A program made the position numbers and the translations under genes. From the NCBI GenBank assembly GCA_035221665.1, contig CM069132.1, forward strand, positions 20,708,001 to 20,772,000: DNA of 64,000 nt. The letters are read 5' to 3'. The DNA is from Okamejei kenojei (Eukaryota). Under the pieces are notes generated by a model that saw only the letters and a list, made by a program, of their open reading frames with translations, did no database searches and was not told the origin of the DNA. Shown one piece after another: positions 11,456 to 23,925 of the stretch (the stretch's first letter is position 1; each line of letters starts with the position of its first letter).

Positions 11456-14094
11456 ATTAGCTTGGAGGATGTGGAATCGATATGGGTAGAGCTGCGAAAC
11501 ACTAAGGGGCAGAAAACGCTAGTGGGAGTTGTGTACAGGCCACCTAACAGTAGTAGTGGAGTTTGGGAATGGCATCAAACAGGAAATTAGAAATACGTGC
11601 AACAAAGGTAAAACAGTTATAATGGGTGACTTCAATCTACATATTGATTGGGTGAATCAAATTGGCAGGGGTGCTGAGGAAGAGGATTTCTTGGAATGTA
11701 TGCGGGATAGTTTTCTAAACCAACATGTAGAGGAACCAATGAGAGAGCAGGCTATGCTAGACTGGGTATTGAGTAATGAGGAAGGGTTAGTTAGCAGTCT
11801 TGTTGTGCGTGGCCCCTTGGGCAAGAGTGACCATAATGTGGTTGAGTTCTTCATTAGGATGGAGAGTGACATTGTTAATTCAGAAATAAGGGTTCTGAAC
11901 TTAAAGAAAGGTAACTTTGAGGGTATGAATTGACCAAGATAGACTGACAAGTGATTCTTAAAGGGTTGACGGTGGATATGCAATGGAAGGCATTTAAAGA
12001 CTGCATGGATGAACTACAACAATTGTTCATCCCAGTTTGGCAAAATAATAAATCAGGGAAGGTAGTGCATCCGTGGATAACAAGGGAAATCAGGGATAGT
12101 ATCAAAACAAAAGATGAAGCATACAAATTAGCCAGAAGAAGCAGCCTACCAGAGGACTGTGAGAAATTCAGAGTCCAGCAGAGGAGGACAAAGGGCTTAA
12201 TTAGGAAAGGGAAAATAGATTATGAGAGAAAACTGGCTGGGAACATAAAAACTGACTGTTAAAGTTTTTATAGATATGTGAAGAGAAAAAGGTTAGTTAA
12301 AACAAATGTAGGTCTCTTGCAGTCAGAAATTGGTGAATTGATCACGGGGAACAAGGATATGGCAGACCAATTGAATAACTACTTTGGTTCTGTCTTCACT
12401 AAGGAAGACATAAATAATCTGCCGGAAATAGCAGGCGACCGGGGGTCAAATGAGATGGAGGAACTGAGTGAAATCCAGGTTAGCTGGGAAGTGGTGTTAG
12501 GTAAATTGAATGGATTAAAGGCCGATAAATCCCCAGGGCCAGATAGGCTGCATCCCAGAGTGCTTAAGGAAGTAGCCCCAGAAATAGTGGATGCATTAGT
12601 GATAATTTTTCAAAACTCTTTAGACTCTGGAGTAGTTCCTGAGGATTGGAGGGTAGCTAATGTAACCCCACTTTTTAAAAAGGGGAGAGAGAAAATGGGG
12701 AATTACAGGCCAGTTAGTCTAACATCGGTAGTGGGGAAAATGCTAGAGTCAGTTATTAAAGATGGGATAGCAGCACATTTGGAAAGTGGTGAAATCATTG
12801 GACAAAGTCAGCATGGATTTATGAAAGGTAAATCATGTCTGACGAAATCTTATAGAATTTTTTGAGGATGTAACTAGTAAAGTGGATAAGGGAGAACCAG
12901 TGGATGTGTTATATATGGACTTTCAGAAGGCTTTCAACAAGGTCCCACATAAGAGATTAGTATACAAACTTAAAGCACACGGTATTGGGGGTTCAGTATT
13001 GATGTGGATAGAGAACTGGCTGGCAGACAGGAAGCAAAGAGTAGGAGTAAACGGGTCCTTTTCAGAATGGCAGGCAGTGACTAGTGGGGTACCGCAAGGC
13101 TCAGTGCTGGACCCCAGCTATTTACAATATATATTAATGATGTGGATGAGGGAATTGAATGCAACATCTCCAAGTGTGTAAATGACACAAAGCTGGGGGC
13201 AATGTTAGCTGTGAGGAGGATGCTAGGAGGCTGCAAGGTGACTTGGATAGGTTGGGTGAGTGTGAAAATGCATGGCAGATGCAGTATAATGTGGATAAAT
13301 GTGAGGTTATCCACTTTGGTGGCAAAAACAGGAAAGAAGACTATTATCTGAATGGTGGCCGATTAGGAAAAGGGGAGATGCAACAAGTCCTGGGTGTCAT
13401 GGTACACCAGCCATTGAAAGTAGGCATGCAGGTGCAGCAGGCAGTGAAAAAGCGAATGGTATGTTAGCATTCATAGCAAAACGATTTGAGTATAAGAGCA
13501 GGGAGGTTCTACTGCAGTTGTACAGGGTCTTGGTGAGGCCACACCTGGAGTATTGCGTACAGTTTTGGTCTCCTAATCTAAGGAAAGACATTCTTGCCAT
13601 CGAGGGAGTACAGACAAGGTTCACTGGACTGATTCCTGGGATGGCAGGACTTTCATATGAAGAAAGACTGGATAGACTCGGCTTGTACTCGCTAAAATTT
13701 AGAAGATTGAGGGGGGATCTTATAGAAACGTACAAAATTCTTAAGGGGTTGGACAGGCTAGCTGCAGGAAGATTGTTCCCGATGTGGGGGAAGTCCAGAA
13801 CAAGGGGTCACAGTTTAAGGATAAGGGGGAAGTCTTTTAGGACCGAGATGAGAAAATCATTTTTCACACAGAGAGTGGTGAGTCTGTGGAATGCTCTGCC
13901 ACAGAAGGTAATTGAGGCCAGTTCATTGGCTATATTTAAGAGGGAGTTCGATGTGGCCCTTGTGGCTAAAGGGATCAGGGGGTATGGAGAGAAGGCAGGT
14001 ACAGGATACTGAGTTGGATGATCAGCCATGATCGTATTGAATCCAAGGGCCGAATGGCCTACTCCTGCACCTATTTTCTATGTTTTTATGTTTC
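11456..14094 (+). mobile_element. 5'-truncated CR1 LINE; ORF2 (APE endonuclease + RT) broken by frameshifts and stops
   Basis: VYRPP, MGDFN, SDH, KSPGPD, YRPVSLTS, DFQKAF, GVPQGSVL across ORFs 11318-14012; (tttctatg)-type tail; splits an older antisense CR1 tail (ccctctca | ccttaaagctatgc). Confidence 0.95.
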
Positions 14095-14134
14095 ACCTTA
14101 AAGCTATGCGCACTTGTCTGACATTTAGGTTGAG

Positions 14135-14830
14135 GATTAGATTTATTATCATTATGTGCACCGAGGTACAGTGAAAAGCTTTGTCTTGCATGCTATCCCA
14201 TCAGATTAGATAATACTGAACATAAATACAATCAAGTCAAATTCAGGCACAATAGGTAGAGCAAAGGGGAAGATACAGAGTGCAGAATATAGTTCTCAGC
14301 ATTGTAGTGCATCAGTTCCATAGACAAAGTTCAATGTGGGCAGAGTGAATCAGACAGTGCCCTTGGTTATAGAGGACTGTTCAGAAGCCTGATAACAGAG
14401 GGGAAGAAGCTGTTCCTGAGTCTGATGGTGCGCACCTTCAAGCTTCTGCATCTTTTTTCCTATGGGAGCAGGAAGAAGAAAGAATGACTTGGGTGGAACT
14501 TTGATTAAGTTGGCTGCTTTGCCGAGGCAGCTCGACTTGTGAATTCAGTGGTCTGTGTGATGGACTGGGCTACATCTACAACTCTCTGCAGTCTCTTGCG
14601 ATCTTGGGCAGAGCTATTCCCGAACCAAGCTGTGATGCAACAAGACAGTATGCTTTCCATGGTGCTCCTGTAGAAGTTTGTAAGAGTCACTGGAGACGTG
14701 CCGAATTTCCTCAGTCTACTAAGGAAGTAGAGGTGATGGTGTGTCTTCCTGCCTGTCGCTTCAACATGATTGGTCAACGCCAGGTTGTTCGTATGCTAAT
14801 ACCAAGGAACCTAAAGCTCTCAACTATTTC
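14135..14830 (-). mobile_element. Rex-Babar LINE 3' fragment
   Basis: ORF 14505-14777 LYFLSRLRKFG..LTNFYRSTMESILSCCITAWFGN; Rex-type 3' end at ~14140-14190. Confidence 0.8.
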
Positions 14831-14918
14831 CATGCTGAGAAAAACATTCTAACATTCCATCAAGTTTCCCCTCAGCCTCCGATACCCCAGTGAAATCAAT
14901 CCAAGTTTGTCCAAGTTT

Positions 14919-15012
14919 GTCTGAAGAAGGGTCCTGACCCAAAATGTCACCCATCCTTTTTCTCCAGAGATGTTGCCTGACCCACTGAGTTACTCCAGCA
15001 CTTTGTGTCTAT
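14919..15012 (+). mobile_element. Miniature Penelope-derived element starting at the hammerhead
   Basis: gtctgaagaagggtcctgacccaaaatgtcacc...; tccaagtttgtc repeated on both sides. Confidence 0.75.
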
Positions 15013-15704
15013 CCAAGTTTGTCCAACCTCTCCTTATAGCTAATACGCTCTCATCCAGGCAGCATTCTTGTAAAGCTCACAAACCTATTGATTATTCATT
15101 TCAAATTATTATTATTTCTTGATTTACTGCAACGTCTTTCCAACTCTTACAACCCTAGCTGCACCGCATTACGGGTCCATGTGAGAATACATGTTAAAGC
15201 CGCAATCATGAAAATAAATCAAATCAACAACTGCAGACATGATTGCGTCTGCTGGGAAAACGTTGGTTGAAAGATGGAAGATAATAGCAAGTGGGCTCTT
15301 AGTCCAGCTAAAAGCACACTATATGGTTGACACATTCACCAAGTGTCAGCCAGGTCAAAGGTGTGGTTATTATTGTCTGTAATTCTATATAATAGCAAGC
15401 CGTTGCTCTTCCCTGAACGGTGCGAGCAGTGGACACTGAATGGGGAAACGTCAGCAGCTTTGTGCCTTTTCAATTACTTTCCTCAGCAGTTTTTCTCTGT
15501 CACCTTTCTCCCGTTATTTGCTTGAAAAGATTCAACTCTTTGTTGGGCTTAAGCTCGGCAGGCATGGGGGGAGGGCATTCGGCGCTGTCTCTCAGCAGTC
15601 ATTATAAATGCATGATCCCTAAACAGTGAGCGCTGGCAGCCCGTTCAATCACGAGGCTTCCTGGCCAGCCCAATGCTGTCCACCATGGCGTGGCCTCCCA
15701 CGCC

Positions 15705-15719
15705 GGTTGCCAGGCAACC
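15705..15719. promoter_or_regulatory. Perfect palindromic RFX X-box
   Basis: GGTTGCC-A-GGCAACC fits GTNRCC(N0-3)RGYAAC, within a TE-free CpG-containing block. Confidence 0.5.
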
Positions 15720-15979
15720 ATCAGAAAGAAGGAATCCAGGCTTATTTTTTCGCTCTCTCCTCCCCACCCCTCCTCCCCTCTCCCAGCAGGGTTGCTACTG
15801 GATAATGATCAGGATTGAGGTCTTGGTAGCTTTTCCCTTGTCACCCACCCTGAGATTTCCATGGGTTAAATCAATTCACAACAAATTGGGTGAATTTACA
15901 AACATGAGAAGCAGGAATAGGCCATATCTTGTCTGCTTGTGGCAGCCCCATATCCCTTGACGTCCTTAACAACTAATCA

Positions 15980-16155
15980 TCAATGGATATTTTAAAGGCA
16001 GAGATAGATAGATTCTTGATTAGTATGGGTGTCAGGGTTATGGGGGGAAGGCAGGAGAATGGGGGTGAGGGGAAGAGTTCGATTAGCCATGATTGAATGG
16101 CGGAGTAGGCTTGATGGGCCAAATGGCCTAATTCTGCTCCTATCACTTATGAACT
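15980..16155 (+). mobile_element. CR1 3' fragment
   Basis: tttaaaggcagagatagatagattcttg...gccatgattgaatggcgg..gggccaaatggcct. Confidence 0.75.
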
Positions 16156-16342
16156 GATTTCCTGACACGTGATAGCTCAGGCTCTGAAGTCCTCTTGTCC
16201 TGACTGGCCTAATCCTTACTTTAACCCCTGTCCCTGGACATTTCCGAGCAGAGGAAATATAAACTTTGAATCTACTCTAACCAGCGCATTAAAAATTGGA
16301 TGGGGTGGGAGTGGGAAGCATGTACATGTGTGTTTACATGTA

Positions 16343-16346
<4 letters not shown>

Positions 16347-16418
<72 letters not shown>
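16347..16418. repeat. (TG)36 microsatellite
   Basis: Direct reading. Confidence 0.97.
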
Positions 16419-16422
<4 letters not shown>

Positions 16423-16526
16423 CATGGATGTATATGTGTATTTTGGGGAAATAAAATTCCTGTGGGCTTTGATAAGTTAGATGCAGAGCTGATGTTTTAT
16501 GCTGGTTGAAGAACCAAGAGTCACAG

Positions 16527-17035
16527 TCAAAATGTAGAAACAAGGAACTACAGATGCTGGTTTACCAAATTGACACCAACCGCTGGAGTAACTCGGCGGA
16601 TCAGGCAGCATCCATGGAGAACATGGATAGGTAGCATTTTGTGTCAGGACCCTTCTTCAGACTGATTTTGGGGGGGTGGCAGAAGAAAGCTAGAAGAGAG
16701 AGGGGAAGCAGTGAGAGATGGTCTTGCAGAACTCTTATTTGAGAGAGGAGAAGAGCTTCTTCAAAGTAAGCATACCTTGAGGGGATTTTGCTGTGGAGTA
16801 GTCAAAATGTAGAAACAAGGGACGGCAAGTGCTGGTTTCCAAAAAAAGGCACAAAGTGCTGGAGTAACTCAGCGGGTAAGGCAGCATCCCTGGAGAACAT
16901 GGATGAGTGACGCTTCGGGTTGGGACCCTTCTTCAGCCTGATTTTGGGTAGTGGGGGAAGAACGCAAGAAGAGAGAAGGGGAGCAATGAGATGGTGTCTG
17001 ACAGAACTCTCGTCGGAGAGAGGAGGAGAACTTGA
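16527..17035 (-). mobile_element. Tandem ~275-bp Penelope pLTR-like units
   Basis: gtcaaaatgtagaaacaagg at ~16527 and 16801; ccttcttcag (rc hammerhead core) at 16651 and 16927. Confidence 0.75.
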
Positions 17036-18335
17036 GTGGAGGCAAGAGCTTGGACATTCAGGACAGAGACGGAAAGAAATACCTTCACCAAAAGGGAAAT
17101 GAATGTTTGGAATTCTCTAACCATGAGGTTTGTGGAGGCTCGGTCACTAAGTATAATCAAAGCAACGATTTGAGTTGTTTTTACATTTTTAGTTATCAAG
17201 GCATATGTGGCTAAATGTGGGATAAGGGGGGCCATGCTAGAAGATCAGCTGAGTCAACATGAAGGGCCGAATGGCCTGCTCCTGCTTTTGTTTCATATGT
17301 CTCACAGCACTGAGGTTCTTTTGCTGACAATGCACAGTGGGGGGGGGGGACATTTAAATTAACATTCTATTGAAGCAAAGATAGAATTTAAAGTATGACT
17401 GACTGGAAAACTAGATTGTCTTTGAAAACACGCCTTTAAATACCTGTAAGGGAAGGCATTCTGCCACTGTAATCAGACCTTACATGACCCTGGACCGCCT
17501 TGCCAACTCTTAACTGTCACTAAAATAGCAGAGTAATCTATTCCGTCCAAAGGTGATGCACGATAACATGCCACAAACGTCACAGTCCCATATAATAAAT
17601 AAAAGACAACAACGCCGTGTCTCGGAGAGAATTTTTCAGAGACAAGATGAAAATAAGATTGGGAAATAAATGACTGTTTCCAAAAAAAAAAGAGGAATAA
17701 TTTTCCATTTTCTATTCTGCTAACGTCAGGTTTTGGACTCACACACAGAATAAACCCTCATGCATCAACATGATGAAAGGCAATTCCTCTTTGGTTACAG
17801 CAAAAGCCTTTTTCCCCAAATTAAAATGTATTATTAAAAAATATTTTGAAAATAGATTATTTTTAGCAGTGTGATTGATTTTCACAGCAGAGACACAGCT
17901 GTAATTTTCGGCAGCCTATCTTAGAGCCTCTGTACAAGTAATTCCCTATTTTTAAACATGTTGCTGGTTGATGCCATTTTACGTGCTATAATTGATCTTC
18001 CATCAGCTTCATCACAAAAACTCTTTGTAGTTCCTTGCCTGTATATCGGGAATTCATGTCTGAATTGCTGTACAACTTTTAATATCTTGGATCACTGGAG
18101 CCAAGAATTTGGAGATGGCCAAAGGGAATCAAGCCAAATAGTAAATAACACTTGCCAGAATATTTGCACTGTCAAATTATTTCATTAAAATGAGAGAAAA
18201 TCCTGCAAGAGCCCTTAATTGCCATATATACATACCAACACTGGAACGATTAAATTCTTACTTGCAGCAGATTAACAACAGAAGAAAAGCAACTGAAACC
18301 GTCCAGTACTAAAAATCAGAATCATAGGATAAGCC

Positions 18336-18526
18336 GTGTAGGAAGGAACTGCAGATGCTGGTTTACACCGAAGATAGACATTGAATGCTGGACTAACTCA
18401 GTGAGTCAGGCAGCATCTCAGGAGAAAAGGAACTGAAGAAGGGTCTCGACCCAAAACATCGCCTATTCCTTTTCTCCAGAGATGCTGCCTGACCCCGCTG
18501 AGTTATTCCAGCATTTTATGTCTATC
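18336..18526. mobile_element. Fold-back Penelope-derived element
   Basis: Inverted arms (gatagaca..atgctgga..caggcagcatctc / gagatgctgcctg..tccagcat..tgtctatc) around ctgaagaagggtctcgacccaaaacatc. Confidence 0.8.
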
Positions 18527-18789
18527 GAAGTATAAATTGTCGTGAATACTCACCGGATCAGACAGCATCTCTGAGGAGAGAAACAAGAGTTAATGTATCA
18601 GGTCATGATGCTTCAATGGAATGGACTGCAGACATTAGAAATCTGATTGAAAAACAAAAAACGCTGAAAATTCACCAAGCAGTATCTCTGAAGAAGGAAA
18701 CGGTTAATGACAAACCAAGATAAAAAGTGGAGAGAATCAAGGCACTTACAAAGAGAAGCCAGGACTGTGTACCTACCTGGAGTAATTCA

Positions 18790-19182
18790 TATTCAGATTC
18801 AATTTTATTGTCATTGCACTTTTCAGTACAACAAAATGGTTTAGCCTGCAGTCATAACATAGAATAAATAACAAAACACACACTCAACACAGTTTGACAT
18901 CCACCACAGTGAGTCCACCAGACACCTCCTCACTGTGATGGAAGGCAAAAGTCCCAAAGTCCTTGTCCCTTCCCTCTTTGCTCTCCCTCTGCGCTGAGGC
19001 GATCCAGGCCTCCGATGTTGTGACCCCGCCGGGTGATGGCAAGCAAGTCCCACGGCTGAATCCGAGTTCCGCGAATGGGCCGGTTCAAACTCCGCGACCC
19101 GGTGGAAGCTGCCGAAGCTGCCGCCCTCCAGTCCAGTGGACAAAGCTGTTGTTGCGGGAGCTCCGGAAAAACAGGTCACCAA
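18790..19182 (-). mobile_element. Non-coding GC-rich element with Rex-type 3' end and hairpin
   Basis: tttattgtcattg end; hairpin at 18900-18942 shared with 56646 and 58347. Confidence 0.55.
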
Positions 19183-19384
19183 TTAGGGCAATGTACACCA
19201 TGAGCCGTAATATAATCCTATTGGGTAAAAACAAGGCAGTGTAAATGATTGATTATACATTTTAAATTGCTGACATTGAAAAGATGGGCCGAAAGGCCTC
19301 ATTTTGTGCTTTATAATTTGATGCATGGAGTTGAATGCTACCTCATTAATTTATTCATCTGCAGGGAAGAAGCTTATCCAGAGA

Positions 19385-21626
19385 TGCTTAAAGGCAGATA
19401 AATCCCCAACATGATCAAGTCTATCCTAGGTCACTGTGGGAAGCTGGGGGAAAAAATGGGAGGCCCCAGGCAGAGATATTTGTATCATCGACTGCCACAG
19501 AGGGGCTGGAAGACCAGAGGTTGACAAATGTTGCACCTAAACTTACAAAAGCCTGCAAGAAAAAGCCTGGGAGCTACAGCATTGTGAGCCTTACATCAGA
19601 GGTGGGCAAGTTATTAGAAAGGATTCTGCAAGACCGAATCTGCAAGGATTTGCAGAGGCAAAGACTCATTAGAAACATGAGTTTCTACATGAGTTTAAAA
19701 CATAGAAACATAGAAAAAATGTGCAGGAGAAGGCCATCGGCTCTTCGAGCCATTCAATACACAATAGACAATAGGTGCAGGAGTAGGCCATTTCGCCCTT
19801 CGAGCCATTCAATGTGATCATGGCTGATCATCCCCAATCAGTACCCCGTTCCTGCCTTCTCCCCATATCCCCTGACTAGGCTATCTGTGAGAGCGGATGA
19901 TAAGAGCGGCAATATGACCATGGCCGATCATCCAGAATCAGTACCCCGTACCCGCTTCCTGTTTGACCTGTTTAGGAGAGGTGACCAAGCAGATTGATGA
20001 GGTCAGTACAGTACATGTTGTCTGTCGGACTTTAGCAAGACCTTTGACAAGGTACCACATGGTAGGCTGGTCTGGAAAGATAGATGACGTGGTATCCAAA
20101 GCAATCTATCCAATTTAATATCCAGCTTAAAGGAGACAGAGGTTAGGGTTTTGTTAGCTTATTGTCACATGTACCAGGATACAGTGAAAAGATTTTTGTT
20201 GTATGCTAGAAGATAGACACAAAATGCTGGAGTAACTCAGCAGGTTAGGCATAAGGAATAGGTGGCATTTCGGGTTGGAATCCTTCTTCAGGCTGAAAGA
20301 TAGAGGTGGTGGGGTAGGAAACAAACTGGAGGCGAGAAAGAACCAGAACAAATCAGGACTGGCAACAGATGACCTCAGGAAGGCTGGATTATACGTGATT
20401 ACAATAAAGTCGTCCACAGTGTGCAGATACAGGATGAAGGGACTAACATTTAGCGCAAGAGATCTGTGACCAGTGATGTGCCACATGGATTGGTGCTGGG
20501 TCCACAGCGGTTTGTTATTTATATTCATGTTTTGGACGAGAATGTAGGTGGCATGACTGGTTGGTTTGAGCACAACACTAAAATTGGTGGTGTATTGAAC
20601 AACGAAGGTGGTTATCTAATATCGTAATGGGATCTGGATCAATTGATCCAATAACCTAGGAATGACAGATGGGGTTCAGATAAAAGTGAGGTGGACAAAC
20701 CAGGGAAGGACTTACGCAGTGAATGGTTGAGCCAAGAGATGTGTTGTAAAACAGAGAGAGAAGGGATGCAAGCTTATAGTTCTTGAAAGTGGCAACACAG
20801 GTGCAAGGATTTGGAGAGCCAAAGACTCATTAGGAATAGATTTGCCTTCACTGGTCAGTGTATTGAGAATAGACACAGAATGCTGGAGTAACTCAGTGGG
20901 TTAGGCGGCATCTCTGGAGAAAAGGAATAGGTGACGTTTCGGGTTGAGGTCCTTCTTCAGACTGAAAGTCAGGGAAGAGGGAAACTAAAGGTATGAAAAG
21001 TTTCAGAAAGATCAGAGCCAGCAGTGTATTGAGCACAGGTTTATAACTGTACAATACGACGGTAAGGCCACATTCAGAGTAACATGTACAGTTCTGGTCA
21101 CCCTGCTATAGGAAGGATCTCATTAAACTGGAAAGGGTTCAACTATGATTTACAAGGATATTACTGGGTCAGGAAGGTTTAGGTTATAAAGAGAGGCTGG
21201 GTAGCTGAGGACTTTTTCCCTGGAGCACAGGAGGCTTAAAGTTTATGAAATCATGAGAGGCATGGTTAAAGTCATTGACCACATCGTTTTCCATGGATAG
21301 GGGTGTCAATTATTCCCAGAATAGGAGATTCAGTAACTATAGTGTCTTGGTTTAACCCGAGTGGGGAAAGATTTAAAAGGGAATCTGAGGGGCAACATTT
21401 TCACATAGAGTGTAGGGTTGTGAGTGGAACGAGCTGCCAGAAGTGGTACAATGATGATACTTAAAAGACACTTGGATAATTGCATGGATAGGAAAGGTTT
21501 AGAGGCATGTGGGCCAGACACAGTCAAGTGGGACTACCTAGGTAAGGCATTTTGGTTGGCATATGTGAATTAGGCCAAAGGTCCAGTTTCTGTGCTGCGT
21601 ATTTCTTTGGCTCTGTGACTCTATGA
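19385..21626 (+). mobile_element. Old fragmented CR1 (HER1-like) with nested insertions
   Basis: Decayed DKSP, VSLTSEVGKLLERIL, DFSK-FDKVPH, VQFWSP, GL-YKERL motifs in order, ending in a gactctatga tail; interrupted at ~19700-19955 (CR1, -), ~20150-20460 (Rex + Penelope) and 20868-21021 (Penelope). Confidence 0.8.
20868..21021 (-). mobile_element. Miniature Penelope-derived element with 12-bp TSD
   Basis: cagtgtattgag at 20856-20867 and 21022-21033; rc hammerhead at ~20931-20963. Confidence 0.85.
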
Positions 21627-21899
21627 ATGTAGTAAGCACACACTATACCACAGGTGCAGTAAGTGCATTAGGTATATTGACCTTAGAGAGACATTTCAGA
21701 AGATGCGTTCATGACACATTTGCTACTATATTATGCCCATATTGAAAACATATTGCTACCCATTATGTGAAATTGATGAGTATGGAAGCCTTTAAATTCT
21801 CATTCAAAAGATGAGTTGTTCTTCCTCATGTTTATGTTCAGCTTCTTCCTGACAGTTCAAGGGCGAGTATAAGATTGGCCAGAGACCAGAAGCTTAGGG

Positions 21900-22235
21900 T
21901 TACACTTTTGGACTGAATAGAAGATCACTCTATTTCTGCCAGTCAACATTTTATACGTCATCCATCAAGTTACGCACTCAGCCTCTTACACTCCCGAGAA
22001 ATAATCCAAATTAGTCCAACTCTCCTTATAGCTGATTCCCTCTAATCCCGGCAATATCCTGGTGATCTCTTCTGCACCCTCCCCAAAGCCTTCACGTTCT
22101 TCCTGTATGTGGGATGACCAGAACTGCATGTAATACTCCAAATGAGGCCTAACCAAAGTTTTATAAAGCTGGAACATGACTTCTTGACTCTTATCCTCAA
22201 TGCTCTGATCGACAAAAGCAAGCACACGATCACCT
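21900..22235 (-). mobile_element. CR1 ORF2 fragment
   Basis: MLAFV..QLYKTLVRPHLEYYMQFWS in ORF 21986-22225. Confidence 0.85.
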
Positions 22236-22304
22236 TTGAGGATGTCTCATAAAAGACAATTAAATACTGGAGCAATTGCAGTCTTCTGGTGTATTCCACT
22301 TAAT

Positions 22305-22668
22305 GAGTTTAGACTTTAGACTTTAGACTTTAGACTCAGGTTTCCTAAATGCTACCCATTTACTTTACTTTAGGCTTTAGAGGTACAGCATGGAAACAGG
22401 CCCTTTTGCCCACAGAGTCCGTGCCAACCAGCAATCACCCTGTACACTAGCACTATCCTACACACTAGGGACAATGTTTACAGAAGCCAATTAACCTACT
22501 AACCTGTACATCTTTGGAGTGTGGGAGGAAACCGGAGCACTCCGAGAAAACCCATGCGGTCACGGGGAGAATGTACACACTCCGTACAAACTGTACCCAT
22601 AGTCAGGATCGAACCCGGGCCTCTGGCGATGTAAGGCAGCAACTCTACCACTGCGCCACTGTGCCACC
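22305..22668 (-). mobile_element. V-SINE, full length with double tail
   Basis: Complete head, V domain, tail, ~25-nt spacer, then a second (ctaaagt)n run. Confidence 0.9.
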
Positions 22669-22932
22669 CAAAGTAGCAGGGGTATCTGCTGGAATATTTG
22701 TCTCCTAATTTGCCTTGGGATATTGATTTCTGATATGTTTAGTCTCTTGCCTCCTCAAGAGGATTATGGAGCCCTTGGTTGCTAAAATGATTCTAGAGCT
22801 GACAACTTTCAGCTGCCTTTTCAAAGTTTGAGGCTGTCATTTTCAACCATTTTCAACTCCGCTCTGCCGTCCAGTTTTTGCCAATCCCATCCATCCCTTC
22901 CCTTTATTCCATATCAGTAGGCATGCTTTAAA

Positions 22933-23210
22933 CAGTGGTGCAGCTGGCAGAACCACTGCCTCACAGCCCAAGAGACCCGGGTTTGAACTCGGGTGCTTTC
23001 CGTGTGGAGTTTGCATGTTCTCCCTAAGACCGTGTGAGTTTCATCTGGGTGCTCCGGTTTCCTGCCATATTCCAAAGACGTGTGGATTTGTAGATTAACG
23101 GGCTGCTGCAAATTGCTCCTAATGTGTAGGAAATGGATGAGAAAGTAGAATAACACAGAACTGGTGTGAACAGGTTATTGTGGACCTAATGGGCTGAACT
23201 AAACTTAAAG
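22933..23210 (+). mobile_element. V-SINE (older)
   Basis: gtgtggagtttgcatgttctcc..gggtgctccggtttcct. Confidence 0.8.
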
Positions 23211-23294
23211 CTTTTGCTTTCAATCCCTAACTCTCATCACCTTTAAAAACCTTAAAACCCCCATTTTTAATCATGCTTTTAGATTAAGCTCTTA

Positions 23295-23505
23295 GTCATA
23301 ACACAGAAACAGGCTCTTCGGCCCAACTTGCCCATGTCAGCCAAGATGCCCCATCTACACTAGTCCCCCCTGCCCGCATTTGGCCCATATTACTCTAAAC
23401 CTTTCCAATCCATGTACCTTTTCCAAATGTCTTTTAAATGTTGCTATAGTACCTGCCTCACCTAGCCCCTCTGCCAGCTCATTGTACATACCCACCACCA
23501 TATTA
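23295..23505 (-). mobile_element. CR1 (HER1-like) 3' tail
   Basis: Same tail as 1997 and 7748. Confidence 0.75.
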
Positions 23506-23911
23506 GTCACTCTTTGGCTCAGTACCCATCTCTCTTAGATCACAGTGAGGAGCACTGGATGACGTTCTATGTTCCATGTTATAATAGGTTCTTTTAACCC
23601 ACATTGCTGTTGATTTTTACAGCCCCAGGGACGCACGTTTTTTCAATAGCTTTGTTTTCCAATTTCCAAAGGCAACCAATACCTGTGCAAACCTGAACTT
23701 ATGTGCAGATATAATGAAATCAGTCAACTCATGGGGAATGCATTATGCAAAGTTGAGAGAGCATATAGCACTCAAAATATGATTTGGCAATGGTCTCAAT
23801 ATAAATGAGGGAATCTAACTGGTATTAAACCACTGTGTGCATTTTAAGAACCATTCACAAATCCTACATTGGGACATCAGGCTGATTTGTTAAGAATGCT
23901 GAAACCTCACC

Positions 23912-23925
23912 GTTGCCATGGTTAC
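23912..23925. promoter_or_regulatory. Consensus RFX X-box
   Basis: GTTGCCATGGTTAC; rc GTAACC-AT-GGCAAC fits GTNRCC(N0-3)RGYAAC; lies in a ~1 kb TE-free block. Confidence 0.5.

Noticed and set aside
15581-15690. REST/RE1 site (ggcgctgtct, gctgtcc)
   Set aside because: Only right half-sites; no correctly spaced TCAGCACC half
16169-16543. CVCVCV / HTHTHT ORFs (also 42849-43528)
   Set aside because: Translations of (TG)n microsatellites and N gaps
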